A DNA stretch of 64,000 nucleotides from contig JACRKZ010000067.1 of NCBI GenBank assembly GCA_016235455.1, forward strand, positions 96,001 through 160,000, given 5' to 3'. The notes under the pieces were generated by a model. The model worked only from the letters and a program-made list of their open reading frames with translations. It did no database searches and was not told where the DNA came from. Shown piece after piece: positions 18,068 through 27,792 of the stretch; within the stretch, counting starts at the first letter, position 1; every line of letters begins with the position of its first letter. Made by a program: the position numbers and the translations under genes. This stretch comes from Armatimonadota bacterium (GTDB lineage: Bacteria > Armatimonadota > UBA10988).

Positions 18068-20905
18068 ATGTCGCACCCGAGTAACCTGGAACCAGCCCTC
18101 CGCGCGCGCGTGCGCGGCGAGGTCGCCTTCGACCGCCTGACCCGCGGCATCTACGCCACCGACGCCAGCCTCTACCAGATCGAGCCCATAGGTGTCGTGA
18201 CACCGGCGGATGAGGCCGACCTGGTGGCCACCGTGGCCTGCGCCGCCGAACATGGCATACCCATCCTGCCGCGCGCGGGCGGCACCAGCCTCGGCGGGTC
18301 GGCGGTCGGCGCCGCGCTGGTCATCGACGTCAGCCGGCACATGAACCAGTTGCTGGAAGTCAACGTCGCCGAGCGCTGGGCGCGCGTACAGCCGGGGCTG
18401 GTGCGCGACAACCTCAATGCGCTGCTCAAGCCGACGGGGCTGATGTACGCGCCCGACCCCGCCACGGGCAACCGCGCCTGTGTCGGCGGGATGATCGGCA
18501 ACAACTCCTCGGGCATGAGGAGCATCGTCCACGGCAAGACCGTCGACCATCTGCTGGCGGTCAAGGTGGTGCTGCCCGACGGACGCGTGACCTGGCTGGG
18601 CGAGCCCGAGCTGGACGACGAGGTCGCCGCCGAGTTGCGCGCGCGGGTCATGGCCATCGTCGACGCCCAACGCGACGAGATCGCGGCCAGATACCCCAAG
18701 ATCATGCGCCGCGTGCAGGGCTACAACCTCGACGAGCTGTGCGGCGACGCGCCCAACCTGGCCAAGCTCATCTGCGGCAGCGAGGGCACGCTGGCCACCA
18801 TCATCGAGGCCAAGGTCAACCTCGTGCCGCAGCCCCGTGCCGTGGCGCTGCTCGTGGCGCATTTCGACGACCTGCTGACCAGCTTGCGCGCCACCCAGGA
18901 GGTGCTCGGGCTCGGACCGTCCGCCGTGGAGATCATCGACGACACCGTGCTCGGCCTGGCCCAAAGCAGCGCCACCACCGCCGCGCTGTGTGACTGGATC
19001 CAGGGTCAGCCGCGCGCTATCCTGGCCATCGAGTTCTGCGGCGACGACGCGGCCGAGACCGTCGCGCGCGCGCAGGCCTGTGGCCAAAGCCTTCTGCAAG
19101 AAGGCTCAGCCTATGCCGTGACACAGATGCCCACCGCGGCGCAGCAGGCCCGGCTGTGGGCCGTGCGCAAGGCCGGGCTCGGCGTGATGATGCGCATTCG
19201 CGGCGACCGCAAGCCGATCCCGTTCATCGAGGACGGCGCGGTGCCCATCGCGGTGCTGCCCGAGTACATCGCCGGCGCGCTGGCCATCTGCGCGCGTCAC
19301 GAGACGCAGGTCACACTGTATGCCCATTGCAGCGTCGGGCTCATCCATCTGCGGCCCATCCTGTCCATGAAGGACGCGGCCGACATCGCCCGCATGAAGG
19401 CCATCGCCGACGAGACCTTCGAGCTCATCCGGAGCTTGGGCGGCTCGATCAGCGGCGAGCATGGCGATGGGCTGGCGCGCAGCAGCTACCTGGAGTGGTT
19501 CTTCGGGCCGACGCTCTACCAGGCGTTCCGCGAGGTGAAGGCGGTCTTCGACCCGCGCGGGCTGATGAACCCCGGCAAGATCGTCGATGGCCCGCCCATC
19601 GACCAGAACCTGCGCTACGGGCCGGACTACCGTAGCGCCGAGCCGGTCGGGCACTACGACTACAGCGTCACCGACGGCCTGCACCGCGCCGTGGAGACCT
19701 GCAACGGCGTCGGCGCCTGCCGCCAACTGCTGGCCGGCACCATGTGCCCCACCTACCGCGCCACGCGCGACGAGTCGCTGAGCACCCGCGCCCGCGCCAA
19801 CGCGCTGCGGCTGGGTCTCAACGGCACGTTCGACGGCATTGGCGACCCGGCGCTGGCGCCGGTGCTCGATACCTGCCTGGCCTGCAAGGCCTGCAAGACT
19901 GAGTGCCCCAGCAACGTCGACATGGCCCGCCTGCGCTCGGAGGCGCTGGCCGCGCGCCACGCCCAGCACGGCACGCCGCCGCGCGAGCACCTGGTGGTGG
20001 CCTCGCCGCGGCTGGCGCGACTGCTCAGCGGGCCGTTGGCGCCCATCGCCAACGCCGTCGCGGCCAGCCGGCCCGTGCGCTGGCTCAACGACAAGCTACT
20101 CGGCCTCGACGCCCGCCGCGTGCCGCCGGCCTATGCGCGCGTGCCGTTCGAGCGCTGGTTCGCCGCGCACCGCGCGCCCGATGGCGAACGACCGGAAGTG
20201 GTTCTGTTCGACGATACCTGGCTGCGATACCACGACACGGCCGTGGGCATCGGCGCGGTAGAGCTGCTGGAGAGCTGCGGCTACCGCGTGACCGTGGCCC
20301 GCGCCGGCTGTTGCCAGCGGCCGGCCATCAGCCATGGCAGCCTGGACACCGCGCGGCGCGAGGGCGAGAAGACGCTGCGCCGGCTTGACCGCTGGCTGCA
20401 GACGGGCGTGCCCGTCGTCTGCTGCGAGCCGAGTTGCGCCAGCGCCCTGACCGACGACCTGCCCAGCCTGATCGCCGACAAGGCTCTCGGTGCGCGCGCG
20501 ACGGCCGGCATCGCGATGATCGACGTGTTCCTGGCCAACGAACTGCAGTCGGGTCGGCTGGCGGCCACCTTCCGCTCCACCGCGCACCGCGTGCTACTGC
20601 ACGGCCACTGCCATCAGAAGGCGCTGTTCGGCACCCAGTCGATGACACGCATCCTCGCCCTGGTGCCCGGCCTGCGGGTGGACGAGGCCGACTGCGGGTG
20701 CTGCGGCATGGCCGGCTCGTTTGGCTATGAGCGCGAACATTACGAGCTGTCGATGCAGGTGGCCGAAGACCGGCTGCTGCCGGCGGTGCGCGCCGCGGGC
20801 GCCGATACGACGGTCGTGGCCTGCGGCTTCTCCTGCCGCCACCAGATCCTCGACGGCACGGGCGTGCGCGCGCGGCACTGGGTGGAGGTGGTGCGAGGAG
20901 GATGA
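18068..20905 (+). CDS. FAD-linked oxidase / 4Fe-4S / CCG-domain fusion (GlcD-GlcF, YdiJ-like 2-hydroxyacid dehydrogenase)
   Basis: RAGGTSLGG, GGMIGNNSSG, SGEHGDG, CNGVGAC, CLACKACKTECP, HGHCHQ, CCGMAGSFG. Confidence 0.9.
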   Translation: MSHPSNLEPALRARVRGEVAFDRLTRGIYATDASLYQIEPIGVVTPADEADLVATVACAAEHGIPILPRAGGTSLGGSAVGAALVIDVSRHMNQLLEVNVAERWARVQPGLVRDNLNALLKPTGLMYAPDPATGNRACVGGMIGNNSSGMRSIVHGKTVDHLLAVKVVLPDGRVTWLGEPELDDEVAAELRARVMAIVDAQRDEIAARYPKIMRRVQGYNLDELCGDAPNLAKLICGSEGTLATIIEAKVNLVPQPRAVALLVAHFDDLLTSLRATQEVLGLGPSAVEIIDDTVLGLAQSSATTAALCDWIQGQPRAILAIEFCGDDAAETVARAQACGQSLLQEGSAYAVTQMPTAAQQARLWAVRKAGLGVMMRIRGDRKPIPFIEDGAVPIAVLPEYIAGALAICARHETQVTLYAHCSVGLIHLRPILSMKDAADIARMKAIADETFELIRSLGGSISGEHGDGLARSSYLEWFFGPTLYQAFREVKAVFDPRGLMNPGKIVDGPPIDQNLRYGPDYRSAEPVGHYDYSVTDGLHRAVETCNGVGACRQLLAGTMCPTYRATRDESLSTRARANALRLGLNGTFDGIGDPALAPVLDTCLACKACKTECPSNVDMARLRSEALAARHAQHGTPPREHLVVASPRLARLLSGPLAPIANAVAASRPVRWLNDKLLGLDARRVPPAYARVPFERWFAAHRAPDGERPEVVLFDDTWLRYHDTAVGIGAVELLESCGYRVTVARAGCCQRPAISHGSLDTARREGEKTLRRLDRWLQTGVPVVCCEPSCASALTDDLPSLIADKALGARATAGIAMIDVFLANELQSGRLAATFRSTAHRVLLHGHCHQKALFGTQSMTRILALVPGLRVDEADCGCCGMAGSFGYEREHYELSMQVAEDRLLPAVRAAGADTTVVACGFSCRHQILDGTGVRARHWVEVVRGG

Positions 20906-20911
20906 ACGTCA

Positions 20912-20965
20912 ACGGCTGGCACCGACAGCCCCGACCCTCGGGTCAGCGCCGGCGGTGCCAGCCGT
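20912..20965. terminator. Hairpin between convergent genes
   Basis: ACGGCTGGCACCG ... CGGTGCCAGCCGT, a 13-bp inverted repeat. Confidence 0.5.
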
Positions 20966-20981
20966 GGCGGGCAGGGGCAGC

Positions 20982-21605
<624 letters not shown>

Positions 21606-21614
21606 GGTTACGAT

Positions 21615-21688
21615 CTCCTCGCGCGACGATGGTACGGATACCCCATCACGCGAGGAGCATTATGCCACATTTGAGATCGATCTCACAA
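21615..21688 (-). promoter_or_regulatory. Promoter, LacI-like palindromic operator and anti-SD hairpin of prepilin-like gene 2
   Basis: TTGTGA, 18 nt, TGgCATAAT; perfect palindrome TGAGATCGATCTCA at 21672-21685; stem CTCCTCGCG...CGCGAGGAG at 21615-21657. Confidence 0.65.
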
Positions 21689-21694
21689 CCACCG

Positions 21695-22606
21695 TCAGCG
21701 CTCGAAGCTGGTCAGCTGCCAGAACTGCTCGAAGCGCAGGTCCACTTCCTCTTCGGTCAAGCTGCGCAGGCGATCGAGGCTGAAGTCTTCAGCGTTGTAG
21801 CTGGCCACGGTGCTGCCGTAGATGACCGCGCGGCGCAGAGCGGAGTCGCTGACGTCGTCGGCGCCGGCCAGATAGCCCATGAAGCCGCCCGCGAAGCAGT
21901 CGCCGCAGCCGGGCGGGTCGGTGACGGTCTCCAGCGGGAAGCCGGGCGCGGCGAACAGGCCGTCGGCGGTGAACATCAGCGCGCCGTGCTCGCCCTTCTT
22001 GACGATGGCCACGCTCGGGCCCATGGTCAGCAGCTTGCGGCCGGCGGCCACGAGGTTGTGCTCGCCAGTCAACATGCGCACTTCCTCGTCGTTGAGGAAG
22101 ATGGCGTTGACCTTGGCCACCACCTGCCGGAGCAGGTCGGGTGTGATGTCGATCCACAGGTTCATCGTGTCCAGGCCGATGAACTTGGCGCCGCTGGCCT
22201 GACCGAGCACGTCGAGCTGCAGCGCCGGATGGATGTTGGCCAGGAACAGGTAGGGCGTGTCGCGGTAGTTCGGCGGCAGCTTGGGCTGGAAGCTCTCGAA
22301 CACGTTGAGGTGCGTGAACAGTGTCTCCCGGCTGTTCATGTCGGCCGAGTAGACCCCACCCCACCAGAACGTCTGGCCGCCCTCGATGATCTCGATGCCG
22401 GCGGTGTCGATGCCGTGGCTGCGCATGAACTCGAGGTGCGCCGGGTCGAAGTCGTCACCGACCACACCCACCGCCTGCACAACGGTGAAGAACGACGCGG
22501 CGATGCCCGCGTACGTTGCCGCGCCACCCAGCGCCCGGTCGACCTTGCCATGAGGCGTCTCGACACTATCCAGCGCCACTGATCCAACCATCAACACATT
22601 CGCCAT
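21695..22606 (-). CDS. PfkB family carbohydrate kinase
   Basis: VGSVALD, LGGAATY, GVVGDDF, LDTMNLWI, VKKGEHGA, DPPGCGDCFAGG. Confidence 0.9.
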   Translation of the reverse strand: MANVLMVGSVALDSVETPHGKVDRALGGAATYAGIAASFFTVVQAVGVVGDDFDPAHLEFMRSHGIDTAGIEIIEGGQTFWWGGVYSADMNSRETLFTHLNVFESFQPKLPPNYRDTPYLFLANIHPALQLDVLGQASGAKFIGLDTMNLWIDITPDLLRQVVAKVNAIFLNDEEVRMLTGEHNLVAAGRKLLTMGPSVAIVKKGEHGALMFTADGLFAAPGFPLETVTDPPGCGDCFAGGFMGYLAGADDVSDSALRRAVIYGSTVASYNAEDFSLDRLRSLTEEEVDLRFEQFWQLTSFER

Positions 22607-22629
22607 CAGGGTTGCCTCGCAATCAGGAT

Positions 22630-22705
22630 CATCCGCAGATATCGCAGATGAGCGCAGATGAGCGACAGATCAGGCATCTGCGTTCATCTGCGTCATCTGC
22701 GGATG
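22630..22705. repeat. GCAGAT-unit palindromic element downstream of pheT
   Basis: CATCCGCAGAT-ATCGCAGAT-GAGCGCAGATG ... CATCTGCGTT-CATCTGCGT-CATCTGCGGATG. Confidence 0.85.
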
Positions 22706-22714
22706 TTGTTGGCC

Positions 22715-24859
22715 CTAAGCCCGCAGCACAGCAGAGCAGGCCGTTTGTGCGTGCTCGACGATGCGGGCCATGGCCGCGTCCACTTCGACGTCGGTCAGGG
22801 TACGGTCGGGCAGCCGGAAGGTCAAGCCGTAGGCCAGGCTGCGCTGACCTTCGGGCAGGCCCTTGCCGCGGTAGACATCGAACAGCTTGAGCTCGGCCAG
22901 GTTGTCGGCCACCTCGCGGATGGCTGCTTCCACCGCCGCCTGCGGCACCTCGTCGGGCACCACCAGGGCGATATCGCGCAGCGCGGCGGGATAGCGGGGC
23001 AGCGGACGATAGGCGCGGCTCAGGTCCGACGCGGCGATCATCCGGCCCAGGTTGGCCTCGAACAGCACCACCGGCCGGCGGATGTCGTAGGCGTCCAGAA
23101 TGCCGTCGGCCACCTCGCCGAACACGGCGATGGTCTCGCCCGCCAGCTTGAGCTGGCCGCTGCGGCCCGGCTCGAACACCGGATCGTCGCACGGTTCCGC
23201 GGTCACGCCAGCCAAGCGCAGTTCGCCGCACAGCAGATCGAGCAGGCCCTTGACCTCGGTGATGTCGGCGCCGAGCTGCTCAGCGGGCATGTTCCAGGCG
23301 CTCGAATACAGGCGGCCCGTGACCGCGCCGGCCAGGGTCCGCTCCTCGGTGCAGGGCACCGGCAGGCTGGCCGCCGTGTGTCCCGTGGCGATGCGGCCGG
23401 CCTCTGCGGCGGTCTGGTCGGTCACGCGCGGGTCCAGCCCGGCGTAGGTTCGGCCGACCTCGAAGATGCGCACTTCGCCGCCGTGAGCGGTCATATTGCG
23501 ACCGACCACCTCCAGCATCGACGGCAGCATCGACCAGCGCATGACCGAGAAGTCGGTGGACAGCGCGTTCTCCAGGGTCACCGCGCCGATGGCGGCTGGA
23601 TCCTGGTTGTAGCCAGCGCGGGCCATGGCCTGCGGGCTGGTCAGGCTGAAGGTCCAGACCTCGTTGAGCCCAGCGGCCAGGCACAGGTCGCGTATGCGGC
23701 GCTCGGCCTTCTGCGCGCGGCTCAGCCGGCCGGTGCGCTGCGCCGCCGGCGGCAGCGTCATGGGCACGTTGTTGTAGCCATGCAGCCGCGCCACCTCCTC
23801 GATCAGGTCCACCTCGCGCGTCACGTCGGGCCGGTAGGTGGGCACCTCGACCGCCAACAGCCCGTCGATGATGGTCACCTCCATGCCCAGCGCGCGCAGG
23901 TAGCCAGCCATCTCGTCGCAGGTCAGCGCCAGACCCAGGAACGTGTTGCAGCGCGCCGGGCGCAACGTGATGGTGGCCGGCTCGATGGGCCGCACCAGCG
24001 CATCCACCACCCCGGTGACCACGGTGCCGCCGGCGCACTGGGCCAGCAACTGCGCGCAGCGGTCGGCGGCGCGGATGGTTCCGCCAGGGTCGACCACGCG
24101 GGCGAAGCGGTACGAGCTTTCGCTCTCCAGCCCCAGATTGCGTGCCGTGCGGCGGATGTTGGGCGCGGTGAAGTGAGCCGCCTCGATAAGCACGTTGCGC
24201 GTGGTGCTCGACACGGCAGTCGAAGCACCGCCCATCACGCCGGCCAGCGCCACGCCGTTGGCGCCGTCGGTGATCAGCAGGTTGCCGGGCGTGAGCTTGC
24301 GGTCCACGCCGTCGAGCGTACTCAGGATCTCGCCCTCGCGTGCGCGGCGCACGCCGATGTTCGGTCCCAGCAGGTCGTAGTCGAAGGCATGCAGCGGCTG
24401 ACCCAGCTCGAACATGACGTAGTTGGTCACGTCGACGAGAATGTCGATGGGCCGCTGCCCGCAGGCCAGCAGCTTGTCCTGCATCCACTGCGGCGAGGGG
24501 CCCGGCGTCACGCCCAGCACCAGCCGCGCCGAGTAGCGCGCGCACAGGTCCTCGGCCTCGATGCCCACGCGCACCCGCCCGTCGATGCGCTCGTCGGCGC
24601 TCTCGGGGACGGTCAGGTCGGGCATGACCAGCTCCGCGCCGGTCCGCGCCGCGACCTCGCGCGCCATGCCCAGGATGGACAGGCAGTCGCCGCGGTTCGG
24701 CGTCACTTCGGCCACGAGGACCTTGCCGCCCAGACCGCCGGGCGCGTCCTCGATCTCCTCAATCTCAATACCCAGGTCCGTGAGCATCTCGGCCAGCTGG
24801 TCAGCATCCAGCTCCGTGCGCACGTACTCTGAGAGCCACGCCATCGGAATCCGCATCAT
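22715..24859 (-). CDS. pheT: Phenylalanine--tRNA ligase beta subunit (lacks the B2 OB-fold domain)
   Basis: TPNRGDCLS, VDVTNYVMFELGQPLHAFD, PTYRPDVTREVDLIEEVARLHGY, and C-terminal FDX-ACB (RDIALVV...LFDVY.G...SLA). Confidence 0.97.
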   Translation of the reverse strand: MMRIPMAWLSEYVRTELDADQLAEMLTDLGIEIEEIEDAPGGLGGKVLVAEVTPNRGDCLSILGMAREVAARTGAELVMPDLTVPESADERIDGRVRVGIEAEDLCARYSARLVLGVTPGPSPQWMQDKLLACGQRPIDILVDVTNYVMFELGQPLHAFDYDLLGPNIGVRRAREGEILSTLDGVDRKLTPGNLLITDGANGVALAGVMGGASTAVSSTTRNVLIEAAHFTAPNIRRTARNLGLESESSYRFARVVDPGGTIRAADRCAQLLAQCAGGTVVTGVVDALVRPIEPATITLRPARCNTFLGLALTCDEMAGYLRALGMEVTIIDGLLAVEVPTYRPDVTREVDLIEEVARLHGYNNVPMTLPPAAQRTGRLSRAQKAERRIRDLCLAAGLNEVWTFSLTSPQAMARAGYNQDPAAIGAVTLENALSTDFSVMRWSMLPSMLEVVGRNMTAHGGEVRIFEVGRTYAGLDPRVTDQTAAEAGRIATGHTAASLPVPCTEERTLAGAVTGRLYSSAWNMPAEQLGADITEVKGLLDLLCGELRLAGVTAEPCDDPVFEPGRSGQLKLAGETIAVFGEVADGILDAYDIRRPVVLFEANLGRMIAASDLSRAYRPLPRYPAALRDIALVVPDEVPQAAVEAAIREVADNLAELKLFDVYRGKGLPEGQRSLAYGLTFRLPDRTLTDVEVDAAMARIVEHAQTACSAVLRA

Positions 24860-24885
24860 GGTTCCGTACTCCAGACTGCTTGTTG

Positions 24886-24971
24886 ATCCACAGATGACAC
24901 CGATAACCTGGGTCGCCACCATCAGAACCGGTCAGCCGGCCCAATCTGTGTCATGTGTGCAATCTGTGGAT
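24886..24971. repeat. ACAGAT-unit palindromic element between pheS and pheT
   Basis: ATCCACAGATGACACCGAT ... ATCTGTGTCATGTGTGCAATCTGTGGAT; same design as 22630-22705. Confidence 0.75.
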
Positions 24972-24981
24972 GAGAACTGCC

Positions 24982-26001
24982 CTAGAACTGCCCCGTGAAC
25001 CGCAGGTCGCCCTCAAAGAACAGGCGGATGTCGTCGACGCCGTACTTGAGCATCGCCAGCCGCTCCATGCCCACGCCGAACGCGAATCCGGTGTAGGTCT
25101 CTGAGTCGTAGCCGACGTTGGCCAGGACCTGGGGGTCGACCATGCCGCAGCCGAGCACTTCCAGCCAGCGCGCGTCAGGGTCGTTCGGGTCGCGGCAGAT
25201 GCCCTCGCGCCCGTACCAGATGGCCATCTGGGCGCTGGGCTCGGTGAACGGGAAGTAGTCGGGCGTGAAGCGCACGATGGCGCCTTCGCCATACAGCTCC
25301 TGGGCCGTGGCGTACAAGATGCCCTTGAGGTCGCCGAAGCTCACGTCGCGGTCGACCAGCAAGCCCTCGCACTGGTGGAAGGTGTGGCAGTGCGTGGCGT
25401 CGACGGCGTCGCGGCGGTAGACGCGACCGGGCGCGATGATGCGCACCGGCGGCTCCTGGGTCTCCATGGTGCGGATCTGCACGGCCGAGGTCTCGGTGCG
25501 CAGAACCGTGGTGCCCTGGATGTAGAAGCTGTCGCGGCCGTCGCGCGCGGGATGGTCCTCGGGGATGGCCAGCGCGGTGAAGTTGTAGTAGCTCAGCTCC
25601 ACCTCGGGCCCTTCGGCCACGGAGAAGCCAAACCCGGTGAAGATGTCGACGAGGTCTTCCCAGATGAGCGTCAGCGGGTGCTTGCGCCCGGGCAGCGCCA
25701 GGCGGCCCGGCAGCGTCGGGTCGAACCGGCGCGCGGCGCCCGCGGCAGCCTTGCCGGCGGCCTCCAGCGCGGCCAGGCGCGCGTCGAAGCAGCCCTGCAC
25801 GCTCTGCTTGACCTGGTTGGCCAGCTTGCCGATGACGGGCCGCAGTTGGGCGGGCACATCCTTCATCTGCGGCAGGCCGACGGTCACCAGGCCCTGCTTG
25901 CCAAACACCTTGACCCGAGCTTCCTCCAGCGCCCGCAAGTCGGCGGCCGCCTCCAGGAGCGCCGTGGCCTCGGCTTCGAGCCGGCGAAGATCCTCTTCCA
26001 T
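24982..26001 (-). CDS. pheS: Phenylalanine--tRNA ligase alpha subunit
   Basis: HPAR, LRTETSAVQIR, PGRVYRRD, FHQCEG, YFPFTEPS, GFAFGVGMERLAM; GAGGAGG RBS. Confidence 0.98.
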   Translation of the reverse strand: MEEDLRRLEAEATALLEAAADLRALEEARVKVFGKQGLVTVGLPQMKDVPAQLRPVIGKLANQVKQSVQGCFDARLAALEAAGKAAAGAARRFDPTLPGRLALPGRKHPLTLIWEDLVDIFTGFGFSVAEGPEVELSYYNFTALAIPEDHPARDGRDSFYIQGTTVLRTETSAVQIRTMETQEPPVRIIAPGRVYRRDAVDATHCHTFHQCEGLLVDRDVSFGDLKGILYATAQELYGEGAIVRFTPDYFPFTEPSAQMAIWYGREGICRDPNDPDARWLEVLGCGMVDPQVLANVGYDSETYTGFAFGVGMERLAMLKYGVDDIRLFFEGDLRFTGQF

Positions 26002-26042
26002 CGCTACCTCCTCGTGCCATCCGAATCCAGCGGGCAGACCAC

Positions 26043-26330
26043 CAAAACGCACAACGCGCCACATCCTCGCAGGACGAAGACATGACGCGCCTCCGCGGTA
26101 CCACCCGCCTTACGCGATCGCAAACGCGATCACGCCGCTCTTGTCGGCCCGCTAACGGGGGCCAGGCGGGTGAGGCTTGTCACCTCACCGGTTCGGGAGT
26201 GAACTTCGGCTCGGGTCGCCGCGGTTGGCTCGCAGTCGGTGGCCAACCTCCCTGTTCCGGCGCTGGGGCAGGCCGGCTTGCGCCGGGACAGCCCTGTCCC
26301 TTGCTTACTCGTGCTCCGTCACAACCTTTG
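26043..26330 (-). ncRNA. T-box riboswitch (Phe, UUC specifier) upstream of pheST
   Basis: Minus strand: AGUA, AGGGAG AG-box, GACUGCGAG loop, specifier GAAG-UUC-ACUCC (26203-26201), CCGUUA box, T-box AAGGCGGGUGGUACCGCG (26111-26094), then terminator hairpin and U tract. Confidence 0.9.
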
Positions 26331-26336
26331 TCGGCG

Positions 26337-27110
26337 CTACAGCGCCTCACCGCTTTGTCGCACACTCTCATAGAGCGCCACGGCCACGGCGATCGCCACG
26401 TTGAGCGACTCCGCGCCGCCGCGCATGGGCAGCTTGAGCCGGGGTGCCTCGTCCCACAGGGGGCTCGGCCCGTGCGCTTCGCTGCCGGCCACGATGGCCA
26501 GGGGTTGGGGCAACTCCGTGGTGAGGAGGTCCTGCCCAGACCCGGAATCCAATACTACCACGCCCCCACCCGTTTCAACCAACCAGTTTCGGGTCTCCTC
26601 GCCGCTCAACCGCATCCACGGCACGCGCACCACGGAGCCCGCGGAGGAGCGCACCACCTTGGGCGTGAGCGGGTCGGCGGTGCCTTCCAGCAGCACCACT
26701 CCGGCGCCGACAGCATCGGCCGTGCGCAGGATGGTGCCCAGGTTGCCGGGGTCTTGCACGCGGTCGACGAGCACCAGGCGCGACGGTCGCTGGCGGGTCA
26801 GATCGACCCGCGCGGGCGAGCGCACGATGGCCAACCAGCCCTGCGGGGTATCGGTGTCCATGACCGTGGCCAGCAGGCCGGGCTGCATCAGCTCGACCTT
26901 GACCTTGTCCGCCTTGAGCCGCGCGCGCAGCTCCTCGTGCGCCGTGGCGTTGGCCTCGATCAGCACAGCCTCGATGGTGCCACCCGCCTCCACCACGGTA
27001 CTCAACGCGCGTGGCCCCTCGACCAGAAACGCGCCCTCGGCGGCGCGGCCCTTGCGTGAGAGCAGGATGCGGGCACGCTTCAGGTACTGGTTCTGAGCAC
27101 TGGTGATCAT
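26337..27110 (-). CDS. TrmH/SpoU family RNA methyltransferase
   Basis: MITSAQN, FLVEG, VQDPGNLGTILRTADA, GSEAHG, ESLNVAIA. Confidence 0.93.
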   Translation of the reverse strand: MITSAQNQYLKRARILLSRKGRAAEGAFLVEGPRALSTVVEAGGTIEAVLIEANATAHEELRARLKADKVKVELMQPGLLATVMDTDTPQGWLAIVRSPARVDLTRQRPSRLVLVDRVQDPGNLGTILRTADAVGAGVVLLEGTADPLTPKVVRSSAGSVVRVPWMRLSGEETRNWLVETGGGVVVLDSGSGQDLLTTELPQPLAIVAGSEAHGPSPLWDEAPRLKLPMRGGAESLNVAIAVAVALYESVRQSGEAL

Positions 27111-27168
27111 GTGGGGCATGGGTAGACTCCGCGGTGCGCCGGCCGGCCGGCGTTGCGCCGAAATGGCG

Positions 27169-27202
27169 ACGGAGCCCCCTTCGCGAGCGAAAAGGGCTCC
27201 GT
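27169..27202 (-). terminator. Hairpin after rplT
   Basis: ACGGAGCCCTTTTCGC-TC-GCGAAGGGGGCTCCGT on the minus strand. Confidence 0.6.
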
Positions 27203-27223
27203 GCTAACTAGACAGCAGCCAGA

Positions 27224-27580
27224 TCAGACGCCGAGCGCCTTCTTGGCCAGCTCGACCACCGCGCCGAAGGCGGCCGGATCGTGGATCGCGAGCTCAGAGA
27301 GCATCTTGCGGTCGATGATCACGTCAGCCAACTTGAGGCCGTGGATGAACTTGCTGTAGCTGAGGTCATGCAGGCGGACCCCCGCGTTGACGCGGATGAT
27401 CCACAGGCGCCGCATGTCGCGGCGTCGTTGCCGACGGTCGCGATAGGCGTAGAGCGCCGACTTCATGACCTGGGCTTTGGCGGTGCGGTACTGCTTGCTC
27501 TTGGCACCGAAATAGCCCTTGGCCAGATTCAGCCACTTCTTGCGCTTACGGGTTTGGACTTTGCCGCCCTTAACTCGCAT
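27224..27580 (-). CDS. rplT: 50S ribosomal protein L20
   Basis: [44 protein letters not shown]. Confidence 0.98.
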   Translation of the reverse strand: MRVKGGKVQTRKRKKWLNLAKGYFGAKSKQYRTAKAQVMKSALYAYRDRRQRRRDMRRLWIIRVNAGVRLHDLSYSKFIHGLKLADVIIDRKMLSELAIHDPAAFGAVVELAKKALGV

Positions 27581-27582
27581 GT

Positions 27583-27792
27583 CTAGGCCCTCCCGCTCTT
27601 GGGCAGAATGCCCTTCAACACCTTGGCGTCACCGGCGGCGACGACCTCGCAAGAGCCTAGCGTGCGCTTCCGCTTGCGGGACTTCTTGGTCAGCAAGTGA
27701 CCACAGGACGCGTGCCGGCGCATGATCTTGCCGGTACCCGTCTTCTTGAACCGTTTCGCCGCGGCATTCCGCGACTTACCAGTTTTGCCCAT
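27583..27792 (-). CDS. rpmI: 50S ribosomal protein L35
   Basis: [13 protein letters not shown]...[12 protein letters not shown]; lies between infC and rplT. Confidence 0.97.
   Translation of the reverse strand: MGKTGKSRNAAAKRFKKTGTGKIMRRHASCGHLLTKKSRKRKRTLGSCEVVAAGDAKVLKGILPKSGRA

Noticed and set aside
21880-21925. PfkB DPPGCGDC variant as a metal or redox site
   Set aside because: The catalytic Asp is retained and GCGD variants of the GAGD motif occur in the family; evidence is insufficient.
22630-22705. Possible CRISPR array from the repeated GCAGAT units
   Set aside because: Units are 9-10 nt, inverted and have no spacers; no cas genes are present.
22658-24832. Long antisense ORFs (here 724 aa; also 10546-12726, 28938-30704, 34260-36371, 52988-55102, 58085-60148)
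   Set aside because: They mirror well-identified genes, as expected from GC-rich codon bias, and show no motifs.
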